A DNA stretch of 64,000 bases from the NCBI GenBank assembly GCA_001773135.1, contig MEVX01000008.1, positions 25,992-89,991 on the forward strand, given 5' to 3'. The stretch comes from a candidate division WWE3 bacterium RIFOXYB1_FULL_43_24 (GTDB lineage Bacteria; Patescibacteriota; WWE3; UBA101185; UBA10185). Positions within the stretch are counted from its first letter, which is position 1. Every line of letters starts with the position of its first letter. Shown one piece after another: positions 1 to 9,673 of the stretch. The translations under genes were made by a program, and so were the position numbers. Under the pieces are notes generated by a model that saw only the letters and a program-made list of their open reading frames with translations, ran no database searches and was not told where the DNA came from.

Positions 1-3
1 TTT

Positions 4-558
4 GTGATTATTTTTATAGAGACGGGGTTGGTTTTTACTCCATTTCTTCCCGGAGACTCCTTACTTTTTGCCGCCGGTGCTTTTGCCGCGCTGGGTTCCT
101 TCAATGTGGTTTTCCTTTTTTTCCTTTTATGGGCAGCAGCTTTCCTCGGGGACACAGCAAATTATTGGATAGGTCATTTTTTTGGCGAAAAAATTATCAG
201 TAACCCCAGACTCCCTATTAAGAAAGAACACATAGATAAGACGCAGGCTTTTTATGATAAACACGGTGGTAAAACTATATTTTTAGCCCGTTTTATTCCG
301 ATTGTAAGAACATTCGCCCCGTTTGTCGCCGGTATCGGGAAAATGAGCTACAGGCATTTCATAATGTATAACATTCTGGGGGGTTTTGTGTGGGTTGCCT
401 CCTTTATTTTTGCGGGGTACTTTTTTGGTAACATACCTCAGGTAAAAGAAAACTTTTCTCTGGTCGTTTTCGCCATCATCTTTTTGTCAGTGGTGCCGAT
501 GATACTTGAGTTTATAAAAAGCAGATCACGTTCGGGCCACAAAGACGCTAATTCTTAA
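4..558 (+). CDS. DedA/SNARE-associated family inner-membrane protein; the 5' end probably continues upstream of the window
   Basis: ORF runs from the window edge. The multi-TM protein carries the DedA-type motif region ([22 protein letters not shown] ... IFLARFIP). Convergent 11-bp overlap with lexA. Confidence 0.7.
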   Translation: MIIFIETGLVFTPFLPGDSLLFAAGAFAALGSFNVVFLFFLLWAAAFLGDTANYWIGHFFGEKIISNPRLPIKKEHIDKTQAFYDKHGGKTIFLARFIPIVRTFAPFVAGIGKMSYRHFIMYNILGGFVWVASFIFAGYFFGNIPQVKENFSLVVFAIIFLSVVPMILEFIKSRSRSGHKDANS

Positions 559-1180
559 ATCTTCTGATTACTCCTGTGACAACTCCCTGAATACTTAAAC
601 TTTTAGGTTCTACAAATATCGGATCCATCATTTTATTTGCCGGTTGCAGTCTAATCTGTCCATTTTTTTCATGGTAAAGGGTTTTTAGCGTGGCAAATTC
701 ATTGTCTATTAATGCCACGATTATTTGTCCGTCCCTTGCTGTGTCTTGCTGTTGAATTACCACGTGGTCCCCGTCAAATATTCCCATGTCTATCATGGAG
801 TCTCCTTTAACCTGAAGAACAAAGCATCTTTTTGTTTTGGAGACGATGTCAGCGCTTACGGTTACGGTTGCTAAAGAGTTTTCTATAGCCTCAATAGGCT
901 CACCGGCCGCAATATAACCTACAAGAGGCAGCTCAACGGCTGAAAGAGAGGTGTTAAAGGTCCTGTCGAGTATTTCTATGCCCCTTACTGACCCATCATA
1001 CTTCTTAATGACTCCTTTTTTCTCTAACGCCTGAATATGCTCGTGTACCGTGGCTAAAGATGAAAGATCCATGGAGTCAGCTATTTCCTGCAAGGTGGGA
1101 GAATGGCCGTTTACCTGAATATACTGGGAAATATAGTCTAAAATTTGTTTCTGTCTTTTATAAAGGGTTACGGGGCTCAT
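548..1180 (-). CDS. lexA: LexA transcriptional repressor (N-terminal wHTH plus C-terminal S24 autopeptidase)
   Basis: 210 aa. N-terminus [23 protein letters not shown] is LexA-like. C-terminal S24 motifs GDSM (Ser nucleophile) and a downstream Lys. Strong SD AGGAGG 8 nt upstream of the ATG at 1180. Confidence 0.85.
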   Translation of the reverse strand: MSPVTLYKRQKQILDYISQYIQVNGHSPTLQEIADSMDLSSLATVHEHIQALEKKGVIKKYDGSVRGIEILDRTFNTSLSAVELPLVGYIAAGEPIEAIENSLATVTVSADIVSKTKRCFVLQVKGDSMIDMGIFDGDHVVIQQQDTARDGQIIVALIDNEFATLKTLYHEKNGQIRLQPANKMMDPIFVEPKSLSIQGVVTGVIRRFKN

Positions 1181-1227
1181 TAAGAATCCTCCTGTTTAAA
1201 TAGTTACGGTTTTTCTTTGGTATTTTT

Positions 1228-1257
1228 ATACTACCGAACATTATACGAAGATGTCAA
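1228..1257 (-). promoter_or_regulatory. Putative lexA promoter (minus strand: -35 TTGACA at 1257-1252, 18-bp spacer, -10 TAGTAT at 1233-1228) with the dyad-like element CGAACATTATACGAAG (1235-1250) inside the spacer
   Basis: Read directly from the sequence. A perfect -35 hexamer abuts the U-tract of the upstream terminator. The spacer element resembles a Cheo-type half site (CGAAC) and a GTTC-N7-GTTC-like direct repeat (cTTC-N7-GTTC on the minus strand). Operator identity is speculative. Confidence 0.35.
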
Positions 1258-1299
1258 GAAGAAAAAATGCCGTGAAGCTTTAAAAGGTTTCACGGCATG
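1256..1299 (-). terminator. Rho-independent terminator on the minus strand: 10-bp perfect stem ATGCCGTGAA/TTCACGGCAT (1267-1276 / 1289-1298), 12-nt loop, then a U6 tract (complement of 1261-1266)
   Basis: Perfect inverted repeat followed by a T-run in minus-strand orientation. It sits about 60 nt downstream of the small ORF 1360-1518 and immediately upstream of the lexA promoter. Confidence 0.5.
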
Positions 1300-1359
1300 T
1301 GTTACCGGGCGGGGTCGCATGGGTGTGGATCCTTAAAAACGCCCGGCCGCTGTGGTCTA

Positions 1360-1518
1360 TCAGAATATTTTCGTCAGCCCCCAAATTATCAGTGCCGCAA
1401 CGTAAGTCACCCAGGAAGTTAATAGAGTTCCGAGAATCTTAAAAACTTCTCCCCAGAAAACCATTACCGCCGCCCTACGTGCTTCGGCCTCGTAACGCGC
1501 CCACCGCGTCTCGTCCAT
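1360..1518 (-). CDS. Small single-TM membrane protein (52 aa: MDETRWARYEAEARRAAVMVFWGEVFKILGTLLTSWVTYVAALIIWGLTKIF); not in the supplied ORF track because it is under 60 aa
   Basis: Hand-translated from the minus strand. ATG at 1518 is preceded by a strong SD (AAGGAGGGG, 5-nt spacing). Stop TGA at 1360-1362. It is followed by the terminator at 1256-1299. The locus is more GC-rich than its flanks. Confidence 0.45.
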   Translation of the reverse strand: MDETRWARYEAEARRAAVMVFWGEVFKILGTLLTSWVTYVAALIIWGLTKIF

Positions 1519-1616
1519 TTACCCCTCCTTTGGGATTAAGACCAGCAATCAGTATATTACGCTTCGTTTTTAAATGCAAATATTAACCAAATAAAACCCA
1601 AAAGTGTGATAAAATT

Positions 1617-3620
1617 TTGAAGATGTTTAAACTGGCATCTCCATTTCAGCCGACGGGCGATCAGCCCGCTGCAATAGAGCAGCTCACAAAAAAACTTGAT
1701 TCCGGAATAAAAGATCAGGTTCTGTTGGGTGTTACAGGGAGCGGAAAAACTTTTGCCATCGCTAACGTTATAAAAAATGTTCAAAAACCGACCTTAATAA
1801 TTTCACACAACAAAACTTTGGCTGCCCAACTTTATCAGGAATTCAGAGAATTCTTTCCCGGGAACGCCGTGGAATATTTTGTCAGTTACTATGACTACTA
1901 CCAACCAGAAAGTTACATACCTTCAACCGACACGTATATAGAAAAAGATTCAGACATAAATGAAAAAATTGATAAGTTAAGGCTTTCTGCAACCACTTCG
2001 TTAATGACCAGAAAGGACGTCATAGTTGTTTCTTCGGTCTCGTGCATTTACAACCTGGGTAGTCCCGCAGAATATTCTAAAGTAGCTTTGGAATTAAGGA
2101 CGGGAATGAAAATACGCAAGATTGATTTATTAAAAAGACTTTCACAGATTTATTACGACCGGTCTGAGTACGATTTTTACAGAGGTACGTACCGCGTAAC
2201 AGGGGACGTAATAGATGTTTACCTGGCTTACCAGGACCACGCACTCAGACTTGAATTATCTGACGACACTCTGATCAGTATAAATTATATGGATCCTTTA
2301 ACCGGCCAGTACGTGCAGCAGCAGTACCAGGACATGGCAGTTGTTTATCCTGCAAAACACTACGTTGCTCCCGAGGAAACCCGTCAGGCTGCTTTGGCGC
2401 AGATAAAAGAAGACCTGGCGCTAAGGCTGGAATTTTTAAGAAAAGAGGGAAAACAACTTGAAGCTTATCGTCTTGAGCAGAGAACCAACTACGATCTGGA
2501 GATGATTCAGGAGGTCGGGTATTGCAAAGGAATCGAAAATTACTCCCGCTACTTTGACGGAAGAAATCCCGGCGATGCCCCACACTCGCTGATGGAATAT
2601 TTCCCAAAGGATTATTTGCTGGTCATAGATGAATCTCACATTACGGTTCCTCAAATCAGAGGAATGCATAACGGAGACCGCTCGAGAAAACAGGTTCTCG
2701 TTGATTACGGTTTCAGACTTCCCTCAGCCATGGACAACAGACCATTGAACTTTGACGAGTTCGAACAAAGAGTTAACCAGGTTATATATGTAAGTGCTAC
2801 ACCAGACGAATGGGAACTGGAAAAATCGAATAATAACGTCGCCGAAATTCTTATCAGACCTACCGGGATTACTGACCCGAAGGTTACGATATTACCGACA
2901 AAAGGACAGATCGAAGACCTGCTGCAAAAAGTAAAAGAACGTGTCGCGAAAAAAGAAAGGGTATTAATTACAACACTCACAAAGAGAATGGCCGAAGAGA
3001 TGGCTGAGTACATGACGGAAAAAGGTATAAAAGTAACTTATCTTCACTCCGACATCGATACTTTGGAAAGAACCGATATTTTAGACAATTTAAGAAGCGG
3101 GAAATATGATGTGCTGGTCGGAATCAACTTACTAAGAGAGGGTTTGGACCTGCCCGAAGTTTCTTTGGTGGCCATACTCGACGCGGATAAAGAAGGATTT
3201 CTGAGATCGGAAACTTCCTTAATACAAACTATGGGAAGGGCAGCGAGACATATTTCAGGAGAGGTAGTAATGTACGCGGACAACATGACGGGGAGTATGA
3301 CGAGAGCTATTGCGGAAGTAGACAGACGGCGCGCCATTCAGGTTAAATACAACCTTGAGCACGGTCTCGAGCCTCAAAACATTTCAAAACCCAGGCGCGA
3401 AAAATTGATAGACGAAGAATTAGAGGAAGTACTCGAAGAACAAAGAGGAAAAAGACACGGCCGTGAGGATATTGATTACCGCCAATTGCCCCCTAACGAA
3501 TTGAAAAAAGAAATTAAGAATTTAGAAAAGGAAATGATATACGAAGCAGAGGTTTTGAATTTCGAAAAGGCAGCAACGCTGAGGGACAGGGTTAGGGATT
3601 TAAAGAAGTTGTTAAATTAA
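1617..3620 (+). CDS. uvrB: Excinuclease ABC subunit B (UvrB)
   Basis: 667 aa. Walker A GVTGSGKT, helicase motifs, and a C-terminal UvrB/UvrC interaction (UVR) domain: EAEVLNFEKAATLRDRVRDLKK. Confidence 0.95.
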   Translation: MKMFKLASPFQPTGDQPAAIEQLTKKLDSGIKDQVLLGVTGSGKTFAIANVIKNVQKPTLIISHNKTLAAQLYQEFREFFPGNAVEYFVSYYDYYQPESYIPSTDTYIEKDSDINEKIDKLRLSATTSLMTRKDVIVVSSVSCIYNLGSPAEYSKVALELRTGMKIRKIDLLKRLSQIYYDRSEYDFYRGTYRVTGDVIDVYLAYQDHALRLELSDDTLISINYMDPLTGQYVQQQYQDMAVVYPAKHYVAPEETRQAALAQIKEDLALRLEFLRKEGKQLEAYRLEQRTNYDLEMIQEVGYCKGIENYSRYFDGRNPGDAPHSLMEYFPKDYLLVIDESHITVPQIRGMHNGDRSRKQVLVDYGFRLPSAMDNRPLNFDEFEQRVNQVIYVSATPDEWELEKSNNNVAEILIRPTGITDPKVTILPTKGQIEDLLQKVKERVAKKERVLITTLTKRMAEEMAEYMTEKGIKVTYLHSDIDTLERTDILDNLRSGKYDVLVGINLLREGLDLPEVSLVAILDADKEGFLRSETSLIQTMGRAARHISGEVVMYADNMTGSMTRAIAEVDRRRAIQVKYNLEHGLEPQNISKPRREKLIDEELEEVLEEQRGKRHGREDIDYRQLPPNELKKEIKNLEKEMIYEAEVLNFEKAATLRDRVRDLKKLLN

Positions 3621-3658
3621 CATTTGTAACGTAACCTCCAAAATAGTAGAGTTTTAAT

Positions 3659-4399
3659 ATGAGTGCAAATCCATTTATTTATGACGCTGAGTCTCCGGAA
3701 TCTAAATTTGAGCTGGGAGAGCAGACGGCAGAACTTTGCCGGTCTTTGGCAAAGATAGGAAGTTCTGCGGAAGAAATCAAAATTATGGACAGGCGTTATC
3801 AAGATCGGATTCTTGAAGGTCTTAAGCCCGTTATAAGCGCCGATAGGGAGGGACAGGGCAAGTATAAAGCATTTACGGAAATGCATGAAATCACACAAGT
3901 TTTACAGGCAGGAGTTAAGCGCAATATTGATGCAATGGCTTTAGAGTCGGCCAGGCGTATCCCCGGTTCAGAAGAGTCTGAAATTAGGAAGCTGCTGGAA
4001 GACGTTTCGGTGGAAAATGCGGAAGAAAAATTCGCATCCCTTATAAAAATCCAGGACGATATCGGTCAGTATTACCACGCATTTATGAAAAACAGATATG
4101 AAACTTTTCATGCGCGGGGCCGTATAAAAAATACTGCGGACGAGATTGCAGAAAAAAGCGGTTTTTTAACTAGAAGGGCAGCCGGTGAAGAGGGTGCTTT
4201 AGGCATCGGGGACGAAAGAATATCAGACGTGTTAAAAAAATTCGGTGTCCGTAGTAAATCCTTCGCTGAAACTGTGTCAGTTCTTAACTCCAAAGCAAAA
4301 CATTTTGAAGCGGAGAATCTTGGACAGATGGAAGAAAACTTCAAAAATTTTAACAGGGTTGTGGTTGTAGTTAAAAATACCTTAGGGGTAGAGAAATAG
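3659..4399 (+). CDS. Hypothetical soluble protein (246 aa) between uvrB and the PBP gene
   Basis: Long ORF, same strand, tightly packed with its neighbours. No recognisable motif. Confidence 0.5.
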   Translation: MSANPFIYDAESPESKFELGEQTAELCRSLAKIGSSAEEIKIMDRRYQDRILEGLKPVISADREGQGKYKAFTEMHEITQVLQAGVKRNIDAMALESARRIPGSEESEIRKLLEDVSVENAEEKFASLIKIQDDIGQYYHAFMKNRYETFHARGRIKNTADEIAEKSGFLTRRAAGEEGALGIGDERISDVLKKFGVRSKSFAETVSVLNSKAKHFEAENLGQMEENFKNFNRVVVVVKNTLGVEK

Positions 4400-4476
4400 G
4401 CGTAATTACAACATTTCTATTACACAAACTACCTGTTGACTCGGTCAATTTCATAAACTAAAATCTGCTCAGATAG

Positions 4477-6630
4477 ATGCTAAATACTCCAATAAAAATT
4501 GGTGCATTATTACTTAAACTCACTAAAAACATCGGCTACTTTTTTCTCAGCATTCCCGACAGAATTTATAAGTTAATAAAAAAATTTCCTAAACTAAAGA
4601 TCCGTAAATTTCGAACTCCGAAGTTTCTGAAAAAAATCAGAAACGTACCGACGCACATACTTTCCCATACCGGAAAAGTTTTTAAAAACATACGGCTTTT
4701 TATTTTAGGTTTTGCGGCGTCGCTTCTCCTTATTTTTATTCCGTATGTCGTTCAATCGTGGTTTAAAGAACTACCGAATCCCGAAATGCTGACTGTTGCT
4801 CAGAAATACGGCCCCACACAAATTTTGGATAGAAACGGAGTTTTACTCTACGAAATATATTCTGATAAAAAATATGAACCTGTAAAACTTGACCGTATAT
4901 CGGAAGATGCTGTAAACGCGACAATTGCTGTTGAGGATTCTCTTTTTTACATACATAGAGGATTGAGGCCCGACAGTATAATAAGAGCTTTCAGAAAAAC
5001 ATTTGTGGATGGAGAAAAACAAGGTGGATCTACTATAACTCAACAGCTCGTGAAAAACGTACTTTTAACCCCCGAAAGAACTTTCTCAAGAAAACTAAAG
5101 GAAGCTGTCCTGTCCCTGATGGTGGAAGCAACGTACTCCAAACAACAAATTCTTGAAATGTATTTAAACAACATTGCTTACGGCGGTAACGCGTGGGGAA
5201 TTCAGTCAGCGGCCCAAAAATATTTTGCCAAAAATGCGTGGGAATTAAATCTGGCTGAGTCCGCAATGTTAGCAGGACTCCCCTCATCGCCTTCGCTTTA
5301 CTCTCCTTTGAACGACATGGGGGTTGCAAAAGAACGCCAGAAATATGTTTTGGACCGGATGGTCTCGTTAGGATATATCAATAGCGACGAGGCTAATGCA
5401 GCTCTGGAGCAAGAATTGAATATTGTTCCGCAAAAAGATTTTATAGGGGCGCCCCACTTTGTGAACTATGTCAGGAAAGTTCTGGAAGATATGTACGGCA
5501 GCAATTTTGTTAACCGCGGTGGTCTGAGGGTTACCACGACTTTGGATTATGGTCTTCAGCAAAAAGCCGAAGCTATAGTGTTTGACGAAGTACAAAAGGG
5601 AGGTAAATACGGTTTCTCAAACGGAGCGGCCGTAGTTCTGGATGTTAAAAATGCCGAGATATTAACTTATGTGGGATCTTACGATTACTTCGCACCGGGA
5701 TGGGGCGCTTTCGACGTTGTAACTTCTTACAGACAACCCGGGTCTTCGATAAAACCCGTGACGTACTCTTTAGCTTTGGCCGATACCTACACACCGGCGA
5801 CGATTATAAAAGACTCCCCTGTTGTATATAAATTCGAAGGATCCGAACCATATAGACCTGTTAACTACGATGGAAAGTACCACGGAAACGTTACTTTAAG
5901 GGCTGCTTTGGCTAATTCCTACAATATTCCAGCCGTTAAAGTTGCAAAAGCGGTTGGACCGGACAATATTGTTTCTTTGGGAAAGGACATGGGATTAACA
6001 AATTGGAAAGTCGATGGCTCCTACGGACTGTCCGTAACTCTCGGAGGAAAAGAAGTCAGACTAATTGATCTTGCCAATGTTTACACGACTTTAGCCAGAA
6101 AAGGATCTTATGCCGAACTGTCCCCTATTATTTCCATACGGGACGGCAGGGGATATGAAATATATTCGAAAAAGCAGGTTTATCCGCGGCAGGTCATTTC
6201 AGAAGAGGTGTCCTATTTAATGTGGAGTATTTTATCGGATAGTCAGGCACGTCTTCCGGCCTTTGGAACGCGTAACTTTCTTACTGTTGAGGGCAAACAA
6301 ATTGCGGCAAAAACCGGCACAACGGATTTGATAAAGGACAATTGGACCTTTGGTTTTACACCGAGCTACACAGTAGGAGTGTGGGTTGGGAACAACGATA
6401 ACAAGCCGATGAATAAATACATGGCTTCCGGATTAACAGGGGCTGCGCCAATTTGGAACAGGATAATGTCGGAGGTGCTGGCAGGAAAAACCAACGAGGT
6501 TTTTGACATGCCACTAGGCGTGTTTGTTAAAAAAGAAGAGGGTTGCAACAGGAGCGAGGTGTTCATAAAGGGATCGAATGTTCCGAAGAGTTTGTGTCCG
6601 GCTACGGAGAGGGCGGAGAAGGCGGACTAA
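4477..6630 (+). CDS. Class A penicillin-binding protein (GT51 transglycosylase plus transpeptidase), N-terminal membrane anchor
   Basis: GT51 motifs (AVEDSLFYIHRGL, GGSTITQQL). Transpeptidase motifs SSIKP (SxxK), SYN (SxN) and KTGTT (KTG). The true start may lie downstream of 4477. Confidence 0.85.
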   Translation: MLNTPIKIGALLLKLTKNIGYFFLSIPDRIYKLIKKFPKLKIRKFRTPKFLKKIRNVPTHILSHTGKVFKNIRLFILGFAASLLLIFIPYVVQSWFKELPNPEMLTVAQKYGPTQILDRNGVLLYEIYSDKKYEPVKLDRISEDAVNATIAVEDSLFYIHRGLRPDSIIRAFRKTFVDGEKQGGSTITQQLVKNVLLTPERTFSRKLKEAVLSLMVEATYSKQQILEMYLNNIAYGGNAWGIQSAAQKYFAKNAWELNLAESAMLAGLPSSPSLYSPLNDMGVAKERQKYVLDRMVSLGYINSDEANAALEQELNIVPQKDFIGAPHFVNYVRKVLEDMYGSNFVNRGGLRVTTTLDYGLQQKAEAIVFDEVQKGGKYGFSNGAAVVLDVKNAEILTYVGSYDYFAPGWGAFDVVTSYRQPGSSIKPVTYSLALADTYTPATIIKDSPVVYKFEGSEPYRPVNYDGKYHGNVTLRAALANSYNIPAVKVAKAVGPDNIVSLGKDMGLTNWKVDGSYGLSVTLGGKEVRLIDLANVYTTLARKGSYAELSPIISIRDGRGYEIYSKKQVYPRQVISEEVSYLMWSILSDSQARLPAFGTRNFLTVEGKQIAAKTGTTDLIKDNWTFGFTPSYTVGVWVGNNDNKPMNKYMASGLTGAAPIWNRIMSEVLAGKTNEVFDMPLGVFVKKEEGCNRSEVFIKGSNVPKSLCPATERAEKAD

Positions 6631-6667
6631 GTATCTTCACAAACCCGAACTTTTACCGTAAAATCAT

Positions 6668-9600
6668 TTGGTTATGGAAAACACCTCACTCTCGCACATT
6701 CTAATTAGAGGCGCGCGTCAGCATAATCTAAAAAACATAGACCTCGACATTCCGAAGAACAAGATGGTTGTCCTTACAGGTGTTTCAGGCTCCGGAAAGT
6801 CATCTCTGGCTATGGACACCATTTACGCTGAGGGTCAGCGTAGATACGTTGAAAGTCTCTCATCTTATGCCCGTCAGTTCTTGGGAGTTATGGATAAACC
6901 TGATGTCGACAAAATCGACGGGCTATCGCCCGCCATCGCCATCGACCAGAAAACCACGTCGAAAAATCCCAGATCTACTGTGGGAACTATTACTGAAATT
7001 TATGATTATATGAGACTGCTGTTCGCAAGAGTCGGGCACCCACATTGTCCGAACTGTGGAAGGGAAATTCAAAGACAGAGTTCTACGGAGATTGTCCAAT
7101 CAATTCTCAAAATTATTTCCGAATTTAAAGATTTTAAATCAGAAAAAGGAGTGAGATTTTTCTTATTTTCTCCGATAGTGAAAGACAGAAAAGGAGAATA
7201 TTCGGCGCTGTTCGATAATTTGAAAAAGCAGGGAATAGTCAGAGCAAGAGTCGATGGTGATATTGTGAGCTTAAAAGAACGCTTCGATTTAATAAAAACA
7301 AACAAGCACACAATTGACGGATTAATTTCGAGACACTCGGTAAATCACAAAAGGGTCGGGGACTCAGCGGAAGCTAAAAATACTTTTTCCGACATTTTTG
7401 CCTCGGTAGAAACTGCCTTACGTTTAAGTAACGGAACGGTAATCCTTACGATAGTAAAAGATTCTTCTTTTGATTTTCCGGAAAATCCAAGAGACACCGA
7501 AGACCACATGCTATCCGAAAACTTTGCGTGCCCTGTTTGTAATATTTCATTACCGGAAATCGAGCCTCGCACTTTTTCCTTTAACACGCCGCACGGAGCT
7601 TGCCCCGCGTGTGACGGTCTCGGCATGCAGTTAAGAGTAAATGAAGACTCGGTTGTTAACCCTAGATTATCAATATCCGAGGGCGGTATTTTGCCCTGGC
7701 AGAGATTATTTGAGCACCAGACCTGGACACAAAATGTAGTTAAAAAAGTTGCTCAGGTATATGGATTTTCTCTCGACACACCTATTAAAGACCTTTCGAA
7801 AGAAGCGCTAAAAATAATTATGTACGGCGTGGGTGACAGGAGATTTAAGATTACTTACAGGGGGCAAACAGGGCACGAACATACTTACGAAGCAGGTTTT
7901 GAAGGTGTAATACCAAATTTAGTAAGACGCCACCGCGAGACCGAATCAGATTATATTAGAAACGAGATAGCGAAATTTATGATAGATGAGGAATGTCCGG
8001 TTTGTAACGGTTCAAGATTAAAAAAAGAATCTTTATCTGTTGTGGTCGATTCGAAAAACATAACGGAAATTAGCAGCCTCTCTATAAAGGACAGCATAGA
8101 GTGGGCAAGAAAGCTTGATAAGGTATTGACTGAAAGAGAGCATAAAATTTCCGACGCGATACTTAAAGAAATTAACTACAGACTTAACTTTTTGAAAGAC
8201 GTGGGGTTGGACTATTTAACGCTCGCCCGGTCTTCATCTCAATTGTCGGGGGGAGAGGCACAAAGAATCCGTCTGGCCTCCCAAATAGGTTCTGGCTTGT
8301 CCGGTGTTTTATACGTTTTGGACGAACCTTCGGTTGGGTTACACCAAAAAGATCAGGGAAAACTTATCCGCACACTTCACCAGTTAAGAGATCTTGGTAA
8401 TACGGTTTTAGTTGTGGAGCACGACGCCGAAACAATGATGGAAAGTGACTACATTTTCGATTTTGGCCCGGGAGCCGGCTCGGAAGGCGGAAAAGTTGTA
8501 GCAGAAGGAACACCGCCCGAAATAATTAAAAACCCAAACTCGCTAACAGGCAAATACTTGTCCGGAAAAATAATAGTGGGTAAAAACGACCGTAAGGGAA
8601 AGATGAAAGGCGAGATGTTTATGGATTTGGACCCACTTCCTAAAGTAATGAAGTCCATCGAAGGTAAAAAATTAGTTTTAAAAGGGTCGACCGGCAGAAA
8701 TTTGAAAAACATCGACCTTTCTATTCCGTTAGGCAAGTTTGTTTGTATCACCGGCGTCTCGGGCTCCGGGAAGTCTACATTGATTATGGATACTTTGTAT
8801 CAAGGATTGAGGCAAAGTTTCGGAATGAAGCTGGATCAGAAACCCGAGCCGTTTAAATCTCTCGAGGGTGCGGATAATTTAACTAACATTATCGCTATAG
8901 ATCAAAGTCCGATAGGAAGAACTCCTAAGTCTAATCCCGCAACTTATACAAAAGTATTCGACCACATCAGAGATCTCTTTTCTCAAACTCAGGAAGCGCG
9001 TGTAAGAGGTTACGGACCCGGGCGTTTTAGTTTCAACGTTAAAGGCGGAAGGTGTGAAGCTTGCAGGGGTGAGGGTCAGATAAAGATAGAAATGCAGTTT
9101 ATGCCGGACGTTTATGTTAATTGTGAGGTGTGTCAGGGAAAAAGATATAACAGGGAGGCTTTGGAAATAAATTACAAAGGTAAAAATATCGCTGATGTTT
9201 TAGATATGACCGTCGAAGAAGGCCTGGTATTTTTTGAAAATATTCCGCAGATACGAAGAAGAATCGAAACATTATTTGATGTCGGGTTGGGATATATTAA
9301 ATTGGGACAGCCGGCGCCCACACTATCCGGAGGCGAGGCTCAGAGGGTTAAATTATCTTTGGAGCTTTCCAAGAGAGCAACGGGAAGTACGTTCTATATT
9401 CTCGATGAGCCGACAACCGGTCTTCACTTCGCGGACCTGGAAAATCTTATAACAATATTTAAACGTCTCACAGCTAAAGGAAATACCGTGGTAGTTATCG
9501 AGCACAATTTGGACGTAATTGATAACTGCGACTACGTTGTAGATCTTGGCCCTGACGGCGGAGATATGGGAGGAAAACTAATATTTTCCGGAACTCTGAA

Positions 9601-9673
9601 AGAACTTAAAACACACAAAACTTCGTATACTGCAGAAGCATTGAGGATGTTGGATCGTGCTAGAGGATCATAA
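6668..9673 (+). CDS. uvrA: Excinuclease ABC subunit A (UvrA)
   Basis: 1001 aa. Two ABC ATPase modules ([10 protein letters not shown] and [10 protein letters not shown]; two LSGGE signatures) and zinc-finger cysteine clusters (CPNCG, CPVCN...CPACDG, CEAC...CEVCQG). Confidence 0.95.
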   Translation: MVMENTSLSHILIRGARQHNLKNIDLDIPKNKMVVLTGVSGSGKSSLAMDTIYAEGQRRYVESLSSYARQFLGVMDKPDVDKIDGLSPAIAIDQKTTSKNPRSTVGTITEIYDYMRLLFARVGHPHCPNCGREIQRQSSTEIVQSILKIISEFKDFKSEKGVRFFLFSPIVKDRKGEYSALFDNLKKQGIVRARVDGDIVSLKERFDLIKTNKHTIDGLISRHSVNHKRVGDSAEAKNTFSDIFASVETALRLSNGTVILTIVKDSSFDFPENPRDTEDHMLSENFACPVCNISLPEIEPRTFSFNTPHGACPACDGLGMQLRVNEDSVVNPRLSISEGGILPWQRLFEHQTWTQNVVKKVAQVYGFSLDTPIKDLSKEALKIIMYGVGDRRFKITYRGQTGHEHTYEAGFEGVIPNLVRRHRETESDYIRNEIAKFMIDEECPVCNGSRLKKESLSVVVDSKNITEISSLSIKDSIEWARKLDKVLTEREHKISDAILKEINYRLNFLKDVGLDYLTLARSSSQLSGGEAQRIRLASQIGSGLSGVLYVLDEPSVGLHQKDQGKLIRTLHQLRDLGNTVLVVEHDAETMMESDYIFDFGPGAGSEGGKVVAEGTPPEIIKNPNSLTGKYLSGKIIVGKNDRKGKMKGEMFMDLDPLPKVMKSIEGKKLVLKGSTGRNLKNIDLSIPLGKFVCITGVSGSGKSTLIMDTLYQGLRQSFGMKLDQKPEPFKSLEGADNLTNIIAIDQSPIGRTPKSNPATYTKVFDHIRDLFSQTQEARVRGYGPGRFSFNVKGGRCEACRGEGQIKIEMQFMPDVYVNCEVCQGKRYNREALEINYKGKNIADVLDMTVEEGLVFFENIPQIRRRIETLFDVGLGYIKLGQPAPTLSGGEAQRVKLSLELSKRATGSTFYILDEPTTGLHFADLENLITIFKRLTAKGNTVVVIEHNLDVIDNCDYVVDLGPDGGDMGGKLIFSGTLKELKTHKTSYTAEALRMLDRARGS

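Noticed and set aside
1557-1784. Track ORF (75 aa, minus strand) overlapping the uvrB start
   Set aside because: It lies antisense to the well-supported uvrB 5' end and has a low-complexity hydrophobic translation. Likely spurious.
3659-4399. Considered whether the 246-aa ORF is a missing NER or SOS factor (e.g. a UvrD fragment or ImuA)
   Set aside because: No ATPase, helicase or RecA-like motifs. The assignment would be pure guesswork from context, so I report only the context.
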